The position numbers were made by a program, and so were the translations under genes. A stretch of DNA of 64,000 nucleotides from Myxococcota bacterium (GTDB taxonomy: Bacteria > Myxococcota_A > UBA796 > CAJQPC01), in contig JAZAMN010000006.1 in NCBI GenBank assembly GCA_036229005.1, positions 96,001 through 160,000 on the forward strand, read 5' to 3'. The notes below the pieces were generated by a model. It did no database searches, was not told the origin of the DNA, and saw nothing but the letters and a program-made list of their open reading frames with translations. The first letter of the stretch is position 1. Each line of letters starts with the position of its first letter. This document shows positions 9,448 to 22,841 of this stretch, piece after piece.

Positions 9448-10291
9448 GGCGGGGGGAGGGTAACCCGCCGCGATGCCCAGGGGGCCGCCCGCAACAGCGG
9501 AGCTGTACTCGCAGATGAACGGCCGCCCCACCGGGCATCGGCGCGAGGGCGAAGCTGGCCGGCGAGGGGCTGCGGAGCACAGCTCTGCCACCCAGTACAG
9601 TGCCCGCGTGGAGGGCGATCCCGGCGCTCGCCACCAGGAACTGCGTGGTCTTCACGCGCTGCGCCAGCGGCACCTGGGACTCCGGCAGATCGATCCCCCA
9701 GACATCGGGGAGCTGGTCCTGGCTGACCAGCCAGCGGCGCATCGCGAAGGTCCCGCCTGCGGTGAGGGCCACCCCCGATGCGGTCATCACAGCGAGTCCC
9801 CGGTGTCCGTTGTGCCACTGGCTGCTGCCGGGCAGGCTCAGCGCGAGCCAGAGGGGCAGCGGGGTGCCCAGATCCAGGTCTGGCGGCGGGTCCAGCGGGG
9901 TCGTGGGCTGCTTGAGCTCAGCGCGCGTGGCCTCGAAGAACGCGACAACCTCGGGGGGGTGGGCGAAGTCGTCCATCCGGTAGCCAGGCTCGTACAGGAG
10001 GACGGTCCTGAAGGTGCTCCGAGCGGCCTCGCGCTCCCCGATCATGTATTCGACCTCCCCCAACCAGATGCGCGCCTCCTGCAGCTCTTCGGGGCTCAGA
10101 TCCGGATCGCGGACCAAGCGCAGCAGCAGGGTGCGGGCGTGGGGGAGATCGCCCCCGATGTAGGCGCTGGTCGCCTCGTTCAGGAGGGCCTCGAAGCCGC
10201 CCTGCTGCTCCGAATCCGGGGTCGGATCCGCCTCCTGCGCCGCAGCGGAGGGCGAGAGGCCTAAGGTGAGCGTCAGGAGGAGGGGGAGCAC
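9221..10291 (-). CDS. exported TPR protein; C-terminus probably over-extended
   Basis: Signal peptide, TPR 'ARIWLGEVEYMIGEREAARSTF', 'PPEVVAFFE', hydrophobic C-region ending '..APMPGGAAVHLRVQLR'. Confidence 0.7.
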   Translation of the reverse strand: MLPLLLTLTLGLSPSAAAQEADPTPDSEQQGGFEALLNEATSAYIGGDLPHARTLLLRLVRDPDLSPEELQEARIWLGEVEYMIGEREAARSTFRTVLLYEPGYRMDDFAHPPEVVAFFEATRAELKQPTTPLDPPPDLDLGTPLPLWLALSLPGSSQWHNGHRGLAVMTASGVALTAGGTFAMRRWLVSQDQLPDVWGIDLPESQVPLAQRVKTTQFLVASAGIALHAGTVLGGRAVLRSPSPASFALAPMPGGAAVHLRVQLRCCGRPPGHRGGLPSPRHVHPLPRPRKRRAHRPGAAKATRHHRPRAGKRPGPQGPRRGPHAREPAQEVRPRHGQRSEPGQADLRAGSSGAQC

Positions 10292-10422
10292 GGCGGGAGG
10301 GTAGCCCCGGGCGTTGTGGGGATCAAACCGCACACAGGGCTTGGTGGATTTGGAATCTGTGTTACCCCTGGGGCCGTGGGGGTCATCCAACACAATTGAA
10401 ATCCCGAGCGGAGAAATCAAAG

Positions 10423-11415
10423 ATGAAGCGATTGGAAGACCAGGACTGGTGGCAAGAGCTGCTGTCGGTCAAAGACGAGATGTCGCTGCGGGAGCTGGCC
10501 GCCAGGTTCGGCTCGACTCCCGGTTCCATCAACAAGGCCCTCAAGCGCAACGGCATCGAGCGCAAGCACGCGCCCTCCGGTCCCCGGAACAGCCGCAGCA
10601 GCGAGGACTCCGCTCCCTCCGACGCCTCTGAGAGCGCCAACGCTGTCGAGGGCACCGAGGCCTCCGCGCCCGTGACCGAGGCCGCCCCCAAGGCGCCCAA
10701 GGCCCCCAAGAAGAAGAAGGCCAAGGCCGCCAAGAAGAGCAAGAAGAAGGGCGCCACGGGGCTGCGCGCGGGCACCGCCGCCAAGCTCGAGCCCTACATG
10801 GATCAACTGGGTGAGGTCGCCGACGCCGAGGTCGCTTCCCTGGCTGGCGTGAGCGTCCAGACCGTCGCGCGCATCCGCAAGGCCAAGGGCATCAAGCCCC
10901 GCCGGGGTCGCAAGGCCAGCAAGAGCGCCAACACGCCTCGGCGCCGCCCGGGCCGTCCCAGCAAGATCACCCCCTTCGAGCACCTGCTGGGTCAGGTCCC
11001 GGACGAGGAGGTCGCCAAGAAGGCCAAGGTCTCCCTCAACGCTGTTCGAAACTACCGTCGTCGCCACGGTCTGGGATCCGAGACCCGCGCCGCTGCGCCC
11101 GCTGCGCCCCCCGTCGCGAAGACCCCCGTCACTGAGACCCCCGTCGCTGAGGCTCCCGTGAAGGCTGCTGCCCCCGCTGTTGAGCTCGCCGAGTCTGTCG
11201 CCGAGTCCATCACCCCCGCCAAGGCCCCCGGCAAGACCTCGGAGGCCAACCCCAACGTGGCCGCTGCCCTCTCCGGTCAGCGCGCCTACCGGGTCAAGGT
11301 CGGAGACCGCACCGCGATCGTGGTCGGCTCCAACCTGGTCGAGGCCGCCCGCAAGGCGGTCGAGAGCGGCTCCGAGGTCAGCTCCATCGAGCTGCTGGGA
11401 GAGATCCTGGCCTGA
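10423..11415 (+). CDS. multi-HTH, Lys/Ala-rich DNA-binding protein
   Basis: Three HTH-like units, KAPKKKKAKAAKKSKKK tract, RRRPGRPSK motif. Confidence 0.8.
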   Translation: MKRLEDQDWWQELLSVKDEMSLRELAARFGSTPGSINKALKRNGIERKHAPSGPRNSRSSEDSAPSDASESANAVEGTEASAPVTEAAPKAPKAPKKKKAKAAKKSKKKGATGLRAGTAAKLEPYMDQLGEVADAEVASLAGVSVQTVARIRKAKGIKPRRGRKASKSANTPRRRPGRPSKITPFEHLLGQVPDEEVAKKAKVSLNAVRNYRRRHGLGSETRAAAPAAPPVAKTPVTETPVAEAPVKAAAPAVELAESVAESITPAKAPGKTSEANPNVAAALSGQRAYRVKVGDRTAIVVGSNLVEAARKAVESGSEVSSIELLGEILA

Positions 11416-11440
11416 GCCGGATCGATCCACACCGCACTGG

Positions 11441-11479
11441 ACGCCTCTCAGCCACCGGGTTGGGAGGCGTTCTGCGTTT
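11441..11479 (+). terminator. intrinsic terminator-like hairpin
   Basis: ACGCCTCTCAGCC-ACCG-GGTTGGGAGGCGT then TCTGCGTTT, between convergent genes. Confidence 0.65.
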
Positions 11480-11509
11480 CGGCGAGGACACCGGGATGCA
11501 GGCCGCGGC

Positions 11510-12991
11510 CTACTCCTCCAGGGCGATGGCCTCGGACACGCGCACCTGGAACCAGCCCTCGTCGTCGGTCACCGTCTGCGCCCAGAGCTTGTCTTCGGCG
11601 TCGCGGACGTCGACCACGGAGTAGGGGACCGGCTCGCCCTCCAGGAGCACCACGCCGCTGAGCTGAACGCCAGCGTCCAGCAGCACCTGCTCCGCCTCGA
11701 TCATCTCCTGCGCGGTCATGGCCTTGAAGGTGGTCGCCGCCTGGGTGCCCAGGTCCGGGGTGAAGGTCCACTCCAACTGGCCGTCGGACACCGGGAGCAG
11801 GAAGCTGCCATCGGGGCCGCTCGTGGTCTCGTAGACCCGCTGATCGAAGCCCACCTCCTGGGCGCGCACCAGGGTCCCTGGGGCCAGGCCGTTCTCCGTC
11901 GAGACCGTGGCTTCGACCAGCGTGAGGGGCTCCAGGGTCTGGGTGGGCAGTGTCGAGGTGCCAGAGACCTGGACATCGACCACCTCGGCGGAGCTCGCGT
12001 CGTCTCCATAGGGCGGCAGGTACTCGACCAGGTAGCTGCCGGGCAGCAGCCGGGCGATGTAGAGCCCGCTGCCGTTGGTGGTGGTCTCCACGGTGTGGGA
12101 GCCCTCGGGCAGCCCCTCCAGGCTCAGCGAGGTGAAGCGCACCTCGACCCCGGAGTAGGGCCGCGAGTCCGCGTCGCGGACCTCCCCCTGAGCGACCACC
12201 TGGGCGATCTCGGGGAGCTCGAAGTCCTCCTGCAGGCCGCTGGCGTCTTCGGCGCCGACCGTGATGGCCCGCTGGATGAGCGGGAAGTCCGGGTCGTCCG
12301 GGTCGTAGAGCTCCAGCAGGTAGTCCCCGGGGTAGGCCCGGAGCATGTAGAAGCCGTCCTCGACGGGCCGCTCGGGCCCGGAGATGCCGCTGGCGCTGTG
12401 GGTCAGCCGGACCACGCCCTGGTCCAGGCCGGAGAGCCCACCGGTGTCCTCGCTTGCGGGCAGGGTGACCGATCCCCAGACGGGCAGGCCAAAGTCCAGA
12501 TAGGTGGAGAAGTCCTGGTCCGTGAACAGATCCTCTCCTCCCGTGACCAGGAAGGGCAGCAGGGAAGGGGTGCTGGGGATGAGCGCCACGGTGTAGCCCT
12601 CGGAGGGGACCACCTGTGCGGAGAAGGCGCCGCGCTCGTCGGTCTGGACGACGCGTCCCATGGGGGTGCCGGGGACCAGGGCCTGGAAGAAGCCCTCGAC
12701 CGCGCCGTCCTGGCCGGGGACCGAGATGGCGGTGGGGTTGGCCTGGAAGCCCGTGAGCTGACCGCTGACCGTCACGGGGACGCCGAGCTGGAGGGTCGTG
12801 CTCCAGGCCGAGTCGGAGTCGAAGGACACGTCAAAGAAGGACTGGGGCAGGGACTCGTCGGAGGACGAGGGCCACACGTCCAGGCGCACCAGGTAGTCGC
12901 GGGGCTCGAACTCGGCGCCGCCGGCGTCCGACTCCGCCAGGGAGTTCTCCATGCTCATGCAGCCCAAGAGGCTGAGCATCAGAAGGCTCAT
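11510..12991 (-). CDS. lipoprotein with repeated carboxypeptidase-regulatory-like beta-sandwich domains
   Basis: MSLLMLSLLGC; repeated 'V.G.V.D..G.P..G..V' and 'T.TD..G.F' motifs. Confidence 0.75.
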   Translation of the reverse strand: MSLLMLSLLGCMSMENSLAESDAGGAEFEPRDYLVRLDVWPSSSDESLPQSFFDVSFDSDSAWSTTLQLGVPVTVSGQLTGFQANPTAISVPGQDGAVEGFFQALVPGTPMGRVVQTDERGAFSAQVVPSEGYTVALIPSTPSLLPFLVTGGEDLFTDQDFSTYLDFGLPVWGSVTLPASEDTGGLSGLDQGVVRLTHSASGISGPERPVEDGFYMLRAYPGDYLLELYDPDDPDFPLIQRAITVGAEDASGLQEDFELPEIAQVVAQGEVRDADSRPYSGVEVRFTSLSLEGLPEGSHTVETTTNGSGLYIARLLPGSYLVEYLPPYGDDASSAEVVDVQVSGTSTLPTQTLEPLTLVEATVSTENGLAPGTLVRAQEVGFDQRVYETTSGPDGSFLLPVSDGQLEWTFTPDLGTQAATTFKAMTAQEMIEAEQVLLDAGVQLSGVVLLEGEPVPYSVVDVRDAEDKLWAQTVTDDEGWFQVRVSEAIALEE

Positions 12992-13428
12992 CGCAACACC
13001 TCCAGTTGCCAGAAGACGCTGGTGTACTGCTGCTCGCGGTCGATCGCCGTCAGGGTGAGGCGCTGCCCGTCCAGGTCGGGATCGGCCTCCAGGAACACCT
13101 GGGTGGCGCCGGGGGAGACTGTCTTGGCGTTCTCGACCCAGCCGTCCTCGGACAGCACCCACTCGTAGCGCAAGGTCTCGGGGTCCTCGTCGCTCATGAT
13201 GACGAACACGTTCGTGGACTGCTCGATCACCATGGTGGCGTTTACCGGTTCCTTGTTGCTGGAGATGAAGACGGGGGGCATGTCTTCCTCAATCGGGTTG
13301 ATCGGGCCGAAGTAGCAGCCACTCAACCCCGTGAGGATGCAAAGAGCGGGCCAGAGGCCCAGGATCCCCACCCCGTCGGGCTTCCTTGTCTGCGTCCCCC
13401 CACCGGGAGGCTGAAAAGACGACAGCAC
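12988..13428 (-). CDS. putative lipoprotein (start uncertain, maybe GTG 13371)
   Basis: LTGLSGC lipobox; Ig-like 'DEDPETLRYEW'; ATGA coupling to next gene. Confidence 0.6.
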   Translation of the reverse strand: MLSSFQPPGGGTQTRKPDGVGILGLWPALCILTGLSGCYFGPINPIEEDMPPVFISSNKEPVNATMVIEQSTNVFVIMSDEDPETLRYEWVLSEDGWVENAKTVSPGATQVFLEADPDLDGQRLTLTAIDREQQYTSVFWQLEVLR

Positions 13429-13448
13429 TGTCGCGGCTCCCAGGGTGC

Positions 13449-15308
<1,860 letters not shown>

Positions 15309-15330
15309 CGCATGCCTTCCGGAGCCCAGT

Positions 15331-15723
15331 CTATCCCCGCGGGCCGCTGTCTGGGGAGGCTGTACGCAGAGCCTCCAGGGCGGGGTGGTCCGCGGGGGGC
15401 ATGTCGTGTGGCTGGATTTCGGCCAGGTGGAACCACCTCAGGGCCTGGTGCTCCAGGGCCTTTGGGCTGCCGTGGAGGGCGCAGCGATAGCACCACAGGG
15501 CGATGCGCTCGGTCTCTCCGACGGCCACCAGCTCCCCGACGGTCGCGTCCACACCGAGCTCTTCGCGCAGCTCTCGGGCCAGCGCCTGGGCGTCGGACTC
15601 GCCGGACTCCACCTTGCCGCCGGGGAACTCCCAGAGGCCCCCGTGGGCGCCGCCAGGGGCGCGCTGAGCGAGCAGGAGGCGGTCTCCGTCCAGGACCACC
15701 GCGCCGACCACGCGCAGCCTCAA
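15331..15723 (-). CDS. MutT/NudG-type NUDIX hydrolase
   Basis: WEFPGGKVESGES..ALARELREELG. Confidence 0.9.
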   Translation of the reverse strand: MRLRVVGAVVLDGDRLLLAQRAPGGAHGGLWEFPGGKVESGESDAQALARELREELGVDATVGELVAVGETERIALWCYRCALHGSPKALEHQALRWFHLAEIQPHDMPPADHPALEALRTASPDSGPRG

Positions 15724-16565
15724 AGCTGACCGGCCTCACCCGAGGTCCGCTGCAAGCCGCGCTCCCCGAGGATCGACATGATGGTGCCCGCGGTCTCCTC
15801 GACCGCCTTGTTGGTGACGTCGATCACCGGCCACTCCCGGTTCCGGGAGTAGAGGTCGTGGGCGTAGTCGAGCTCGGCCAGGATGTAGTCCATGTCGCCG
15901 TAGTTGATCCGGTCCTGCAGCCGCATCTGCTCCAGGCGGCGGTGTCGGATCTGCTCCAGGTTGGAGGGGTCGATGGTCAGGGCGAACACCCGCAGGGGAT
16001 CGACCTCCCACAGCGTCTCCGGCGGGTCCCGGTCCAGCACCAGCGGGACGTTCCCGACGCGGTAGCCCTTGTGGGCCAGGAACACGCTCAGGGGGGTCTT
16101 GGAGGTGCGGGAGATGCCCACCAGCACGATGTCGGCCTGCAGGAGCATGCGGGGCTCCTTGCCGTCGTCCGCCTTGACCGTGAACTCCACCGCGGCGATG
16201 CGCCGGAAGTAGCTCGCGTCCGCCTGGTGCATCAGGCCAGCGGTCTCCTTTGGGGGCATGCGCAGGTAGTCCGAGAGGCTGCCCAGCATGTTGCCGACCA
16301 CGTCCACCCAGCGCAGCTTGAAGCGGCGGGCCAGGCGCTGCGCGTGGGCGCGGTGCTGGGCCTTGACCAGGGTGGTGACGACGAAGGCCTCGTGGTCCCG
16401 GGCCAGCTCGAACACCCGCTCGAGCTGCTCCGGCGAGCTGATGTGGGGGAAGGTCTGGGGCTGCACTTGCGCGTCGGCGAACTGCAGCAGGCACGCGCGC
16501 ACGACCTTCTCGGCGGTGTCTCCGGTTCCGTCGGAGATGATGAAGAGGGGGCGGCGCTTGGACAT
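15720..16565 (-). CDS. ppsR: PEP synthase/PPDK regulatory kinase-pyrophosphorylase (DUF299)
   Basis: IISDGTGDTAE, YFRRIAAVEFTVKADDG, ADIVLVGISRTSKTPLS, DVTNKAVEETA; SD AGGAGG. Confidence 0.92.
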   Translation of the reverse strand: MSKRRPLFIISDGTGDTAEKVVRACLLQFADAQVQPQTFPHISSPEQLERVFELARDHEAFVVTTLVKAQHRAHAQRLARRFKLRWVDVVGNMLGSLSDYLRMPPKETAGLMHQADASYFRRIAAVEFTVKADDGKEPRMLLQADIVLVGISRTSKTPLSVFLAHKGYRVGNVPLVLDRDPPETLWEVDPLRVFALTIDPSNLEQIRHRRLEQMRLQDRINYGDMDYILAELDYAHDLYSRNREWPVIDVTNKAVEETAGTIMSILGERGLQRTSGEAGQL

Positions 16566-16616
16566 CGCCTCCTTTCTAGCACGCCCTTGGAGCAGGCGCC
16601 CGGGTAGCATCCGGGC

Positions 16617-17714
16617 ATGAACGCTCCTCTGGCCGGTGTCCGCATCGTCGATCTGTCCCGCTTGCTCCCGGGGCCCTTCTGCACCTGGCTGCTGTCCTCA
16701 CTGGGCGCCGAGGTGATCCGCGTCGAGCCGCCAGGGGGAGGGGACTACAGCCGGCAGCTCCCTCCGCTGATCAGCGGACACGGGGTGTTCTTCGCCGCTC
16801 TGAACCGCGGCAAGCGCTCCGTGGCCCTGGACATCCGGCAGGAGCAGGGGAGGCGCGGCTTTGAGGCCCTCCTCCACTCTGCGGATGTACTGCTTGAGGG
16901 ATTCAAGCCCGGAACACTCGCCAGAGCCGGTCTGTCCGGCGAGGACATGCTGTCCCGTCACCCCAAGCTGGTCATCGCATCCATCTCGGGCTTCGGGCAG
17001 AGCGGCCCGCTGGCCCAGGAGCCGGGCCATGACCTGAACTACCAGGGCTACGCCGGGATCGTCGCCGGGCAGGCGCACCTGGAGCCCTCGGTGGTGCAGG
17101 TCGCGGACCTCGCGGGGGGCGCGCTGATGGCGGCGCTGGGCATCGTCTCCGCGCTCTACGGGGTGGCGCGGGGTGGCGCGGGGCGCTGGCTGGACTGCTC
17201 GATGACCGACGGCGCGCTGGCGCTGATGGCCCCTCAGCTCGCCGTGGCCCAGGCGGAAGGCCGCCCGCTGCGGCCGGGCGGGGAGCTGCTGACTGGCGGC
17301 GCTGCGCACTACCGCTGCTATCGCTGCGCGGACGGTCGCTGGATCACTCTTGCGCCTCTGGAGCCCAAGTTCTGGGCGGCGCTGCGCGAGGCGATCCCCG
17401 AGTGCCCCGAGGGGCCCGACGCCGCTGCGCTCACGGCGATCTTCTCCAGTCAGCCGGCTGCCCACTGGATCGCCCGCGCGCCGGGGGCCTGCGTGGGGCC
17501 GGTCCTGCGCGCCCGGGAGCTGCCGGAGCACCCGCTGCACAAGGCGCGGGGCAACTTCGAGCGCGTGTTGGGGATCCCGATGGCCAAGGCGCCCTTCCCC
17601 TGGGCCCCGGAGCCGGTGGTCCCCAGGCTGGGGGAGCACACGCGGCAGATCCTGGGGCCTTTGGGCGTGGACGTGGACGCGCTATTGAAGCTGGGTCAGG
17701 CGCAGGAGGCTTGA
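16617..17714 (+). CDS. CaiB/BaiF family III CoA-transferase (alpha-methylacyl-CoA racemase-like)
   Basis: PLAGVRIVDLSRLLPGP, LNRGKRS, ISGFGQSGP, GHDLNY, ADLAGG. Confidence 0.92.
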   Translation: MNAPLAGVRIVDLSRLLPGPFCTWLLSSLGAEVIRVEPPGGGDYSRQLPPLISGHGVFFAALNRGKRSVALDIRQEQGRRGFEALLHSADVLLEGFKPGTLARAGLSGEDMLSRHPKLVIASISGFGQSGPLAQEPGHDLNYQGYAGIVAGQAHLEPSVVQVADLAGGALMAALGIVSALYGVARGGAGRWLDCSMTDGALALMAPQLAVAQAEGRPLRPGGELLTGGAAHYRCYRCADGRWITLAPLEPKFWAALREAIPECPEGPDAAALTAIFSSQPAAHWIARAPGACVGPVLRARELPEHPLHKARGNFERVLGIPMAKAPFPWAPEPVVPRLGEHTRQILGPLGVDVDALLKLGQAQEA

Positions 17715-17849
17715 ATGGGCGAGTTCGTGTTCGGTGTGCCCGAGGCCGTCTTTCTGGCCATCCCCATCGGCCTGATCCTGGTGTTCATCGGGCCCAAGTG
17801 GCTCCGGGAGCGCCGGGCGGCCAAGCAGCCGCCGCAGCAGGACGAGTAG
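17715..17849 (+). CDS. small single-TM protein (44 aa), TatA-like N-terminus; absent from ORF track
   Basis: SD AGGAGG at 17704; MGEFVFGVPEAVFLAIPIGLILVFIGPKWLRERRAAKQPPQQDE*. Confidence 0.7.
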   Translation: MGEFVFGVPEAVFLAIPIGLILVFIGPKWLRERRAAKQPPQQDE

Positions 17850-17854
17850 GTCGC

Positions 17855-18340
17855 TCAGGCGGAGAGCACGCCCATGAAGATCTGGAGCGTGCCGACCACC
17901 AAGAACAGCGTGCTGTTCACCAGGGCTTGCGCGGTGGTCTTCTTGACGGTGTCCTCGTAGGCGCCCCGATCGCTGATCCCGTCCGGACCATCCAGCTTGC
18001 GGAGAGGGTCCATGGTCCAGATCTCGAGGTGGAAGGAGCTGGCCCAAAGCAGGGCAAAGACCACGTGCTGGGCGATTGTGAGCTGGTCCGCCAGGGTCTC
18101 CGCGGGCCACAGGAAGCCCGAGTGGGTGCGGTAGTGCATGACCGCGCCCCCCAGGATCATGGCGCCCATGGAGAGGCCCAGGCCCGGGCCCCAGGCGCGG
18201 TAGACGCGCACCAGGCGCTCACTGTGTGCGCCGACCACGAGCTGTCGCATCGCGAGCAGGAGCGCGAAGGCCAGCAGGGAGCCGCCGTAGAGAGTCGCGC
18301 CGAGCCAGCGCAGGGCTGAGAAGAAGAGATCGATTGCCAC
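17855..18340 (-). CDS. four-TM hypothetical membrane protein
   Basis: Four hydrophobic segments. Confidence 0.65.
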   Translation of the reverse strand: MAIDLFFSALRWLGATLYGGSLLAFALLLAMRQLVVGAHSERLVRVYRAWGPGLGLSMGAMILGGAVMHYRTHSGFLWPAETLADQLTIAQHVVFALLWASSFHLEIWTMDPLRKLDGPDGISDRGAYEDTVKKTTAQALVNSTLFLVVGTLQIFMGVLSA

Positions 18341-18429
18341 GGGGCGATGCTAACCGCTGTCGGTCCGGAGTTGGGGTTGGCCGGCCGTCGAAGGCGGCTG
18401 CTCGAGAGGGCAGCGGGTACCATGCGGCG

Positions 18430-20310
18430 ATGAAGCTTTTGCGCAGCCCGGCCGCCGAATGGGCGCTCTACATCGCTCTCGCGCTGGTGGCCATCGGTCC
18501 CGCCCTCCGCTCCAACCACGTGGTCGGTGACGGCATCGACATGTACGGGACGATCTGGTTCTACTGGTGGATCCAGGAGTGCCTGCAGACGCTCAGCGAC
18601 CCGGGGTTCACGGACTACTTCTTCTATCCCCTGGGCAAGGACATCTTCGCGCACACGGGGAACAACTTCGTCGACGCGGTGGTGGCCGCCCCGTTCTACT
18701 GGCTCTTTGGCTCGCCGGGCTACCAGCGCTGGTTCGTGCTCGCGGTGCTCCTGGCCAACGCCGCGTCCTTCCGGGTCCTGGCGCGCGGGATGCTGCAGTC
18801 GCGGGGGGCACAGATCCTCGCGACCGTCGCGTTCATGCTCAACCCCTACGTGCTCTTTGAGATCACCTGTGGGCGGCTCACGCAGGCCTTCCTGCCCTTC
18901 ATGCCTCTGGCCTTCCACTTTCTGCTGCAGCTCGAGCGGCCCGCGAAGGGGTGGGCGCGCCTGAGGGCCCCGCTGCTGGCTGGTCTGATGGTGGCCCTCC
19001 AGGCCTGGACCTACTGGTTCATGGGCTACTTCATGGCCCTGGCGATGCTCCCGATCTTCCTGCACGCCGTCTACAAGAGCGAGCGGAGGGGGGAGCTGGT
19101 CGCGAACTACCTGATGGCGGGTGCGGCCTGCCTCCTGTTCGTCTCGCCCGCGGCCCTCTCGATGTCTGAGCTCGCTGGCGCCGGCGCCGTCCCCGGCTTG
19201 GACAACAGCGTCCAGAAGGACCTGTTCCAGCCGCCCGCCGGGCTTGGCAACAACGTCGCCTCGAACCTGCACGGCTGGGTGTTCGCGGAGTTCGCGGGCA
19301 CGCCGCTGCTGATCTCGCTGGCCTGGACGCCGCTGTGGCTGGCCATGTTCATCTGGGGCAGGGATCGGGCCCGTTGGGTGCCGGCCTTCCTGCTGCTCTG
19401 GTACTTCTCGCTTGGGCCGACCTTCCACACCCCGGCGCCCGGTGTGCGCGTTCTGGCGGTCTCTGCCCCGTACATGGCGGCCTACCACTACCTGCCCTTC
19501 TTCGACCGGCTCTGGTTCCCCTACCGCATGATGTCGGTGGCCTTCCTGGTCCTGTCGGTGGGCCTGGGGCAGCTCGCGGACCGGGCGTTCACGAGCTCTG
19601 GCTGGCGCCTTCGCAAGGCCGCCCCCGCGCTGGCGGTGCTGTTCATGGCTGTCACCCTTGGCGAGCAGGCGCGCTACCGGGTCTTCCCCTTCGTCTCGCG
19701 GGATCTGACCATGCCGGCGACCTACGAGATGATCCGGGACAACCCCGGCTATGTGATCCACCTGCCCTTCGGGATCTCGCAGCCCTCAATCATCTGGCAG
19801 ACCTTCCACGGACAGAAGATGTTCGGAGGGATGGGGGAGAACGCCCCGATCCTGCTGCCGGAGGGCTTCCAGTCCCGCATGAACCAGAACAGCTTCGTGC
19901 GCTCCATGAATGACGCTTCGCGCCGCCCCGGGATGCCGGTGGTCAAGCACCTGCCCGCCCACCGGGAGGCCTTCGAAGCCCAGGGATTCCGCTGGGTGGT
20001 GCTGCACCGCGACCTGGTCCAGATGGAGCTGATGCGGAACCGGACGCTGGCCCCGGACAAGGGCGCTGTGGCCGCGACACAGAACCTGGTGGAGCTGCTG
20101 GGAGAGCCTGTGGCGGTGGAAGGCGTGCTGGTGACCTGGGACCTGAGCGGGCAGCTCGGGCCCCTCCCTGGCTACGAGCCCACCGCCCAGAACCTGGGGA
20201 GCGCCGACTTCGAGTCGCAGGAGATCCCGGCGTATGAGCGGGCGCTCATCGAGACCGGCCGCCTGATCGGTCCCCCGGAGCTGCGGCCCGAAGGGAAGGA
20301 CAAGCGGTAG
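18430..20310 (+). CDS. polytopic GT-C-like membrane protein
   Basis: 'GDGID...IW.YWW', 'FYPLG', about 11 TM helices, 'PYR', periplasmic tail 'WQTFHG'. Confidence 0.65.
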   Translation: MKLLRSPAAEWALYIALALVAIGPALRSNHVVGDGIDMYGTIWFYWWIQECLQTLSDPGFTDYFFYPLGKDIFAHTGNNFVDAVVAAPFYWLFGSPGYQRWFVLAVLLANAASFRVLARGMLQSRGAQILATVAFMLNPYVLFEITCGRLTQAFLPFMPLAFHFLLQLERPAKGWARLRAPLLAGLMVALQAWTYWFMGYFMALAMLPIFLHAVYKSERRGELVANYLMAGAACLLFVSPAALSMSELAGAGAVPGLDNSVQKDLFQPPAGLGNNVASNLHGWVFAEFAGTPLLISLAWTPLWLAMFIWGRDRARWVPAFLLLWYFSLGPTFHTPAPGVRVLAVSAPYMAAYHYLPFFDRLWFPYRMMSVAFLVLSVGLGQLADRAFTSSGWRLRKAAPALAVLFMAVTLGEQARYRVFPFVSRDLTMPATYEMIRDNPGYVIHLPFGISQPSIIWQTFHGQKMFGGMGENAPILLPEGFQSRMNQNSFVRSMNDASRRPGMPVVKHLPAHREAFEAQGFRWVVLHRDLVQMELMRNRTLAPDKGAVAATQNLVELLGEPVAVEGVLVTWDLSGQLGPLPGYEPTAQNLGSADFESQEIPAYERALIETGRLIGPPELRPEGKDKR

Positions 20311-20406
20311 ACTGCCCCGGTCTGTTCCCTCTCTGAGTTCAGCGCCGCGGCGTCCTTGCCGGAGGCGTCTTTATGGATAGGTTCGGGAGCAAGAATTGGA
20401 GCGTTC

Positions 20407-22824
<2,418 letters not shown>

Positions 22825-22841
22825 GGCCCACTGGAGAGCCC

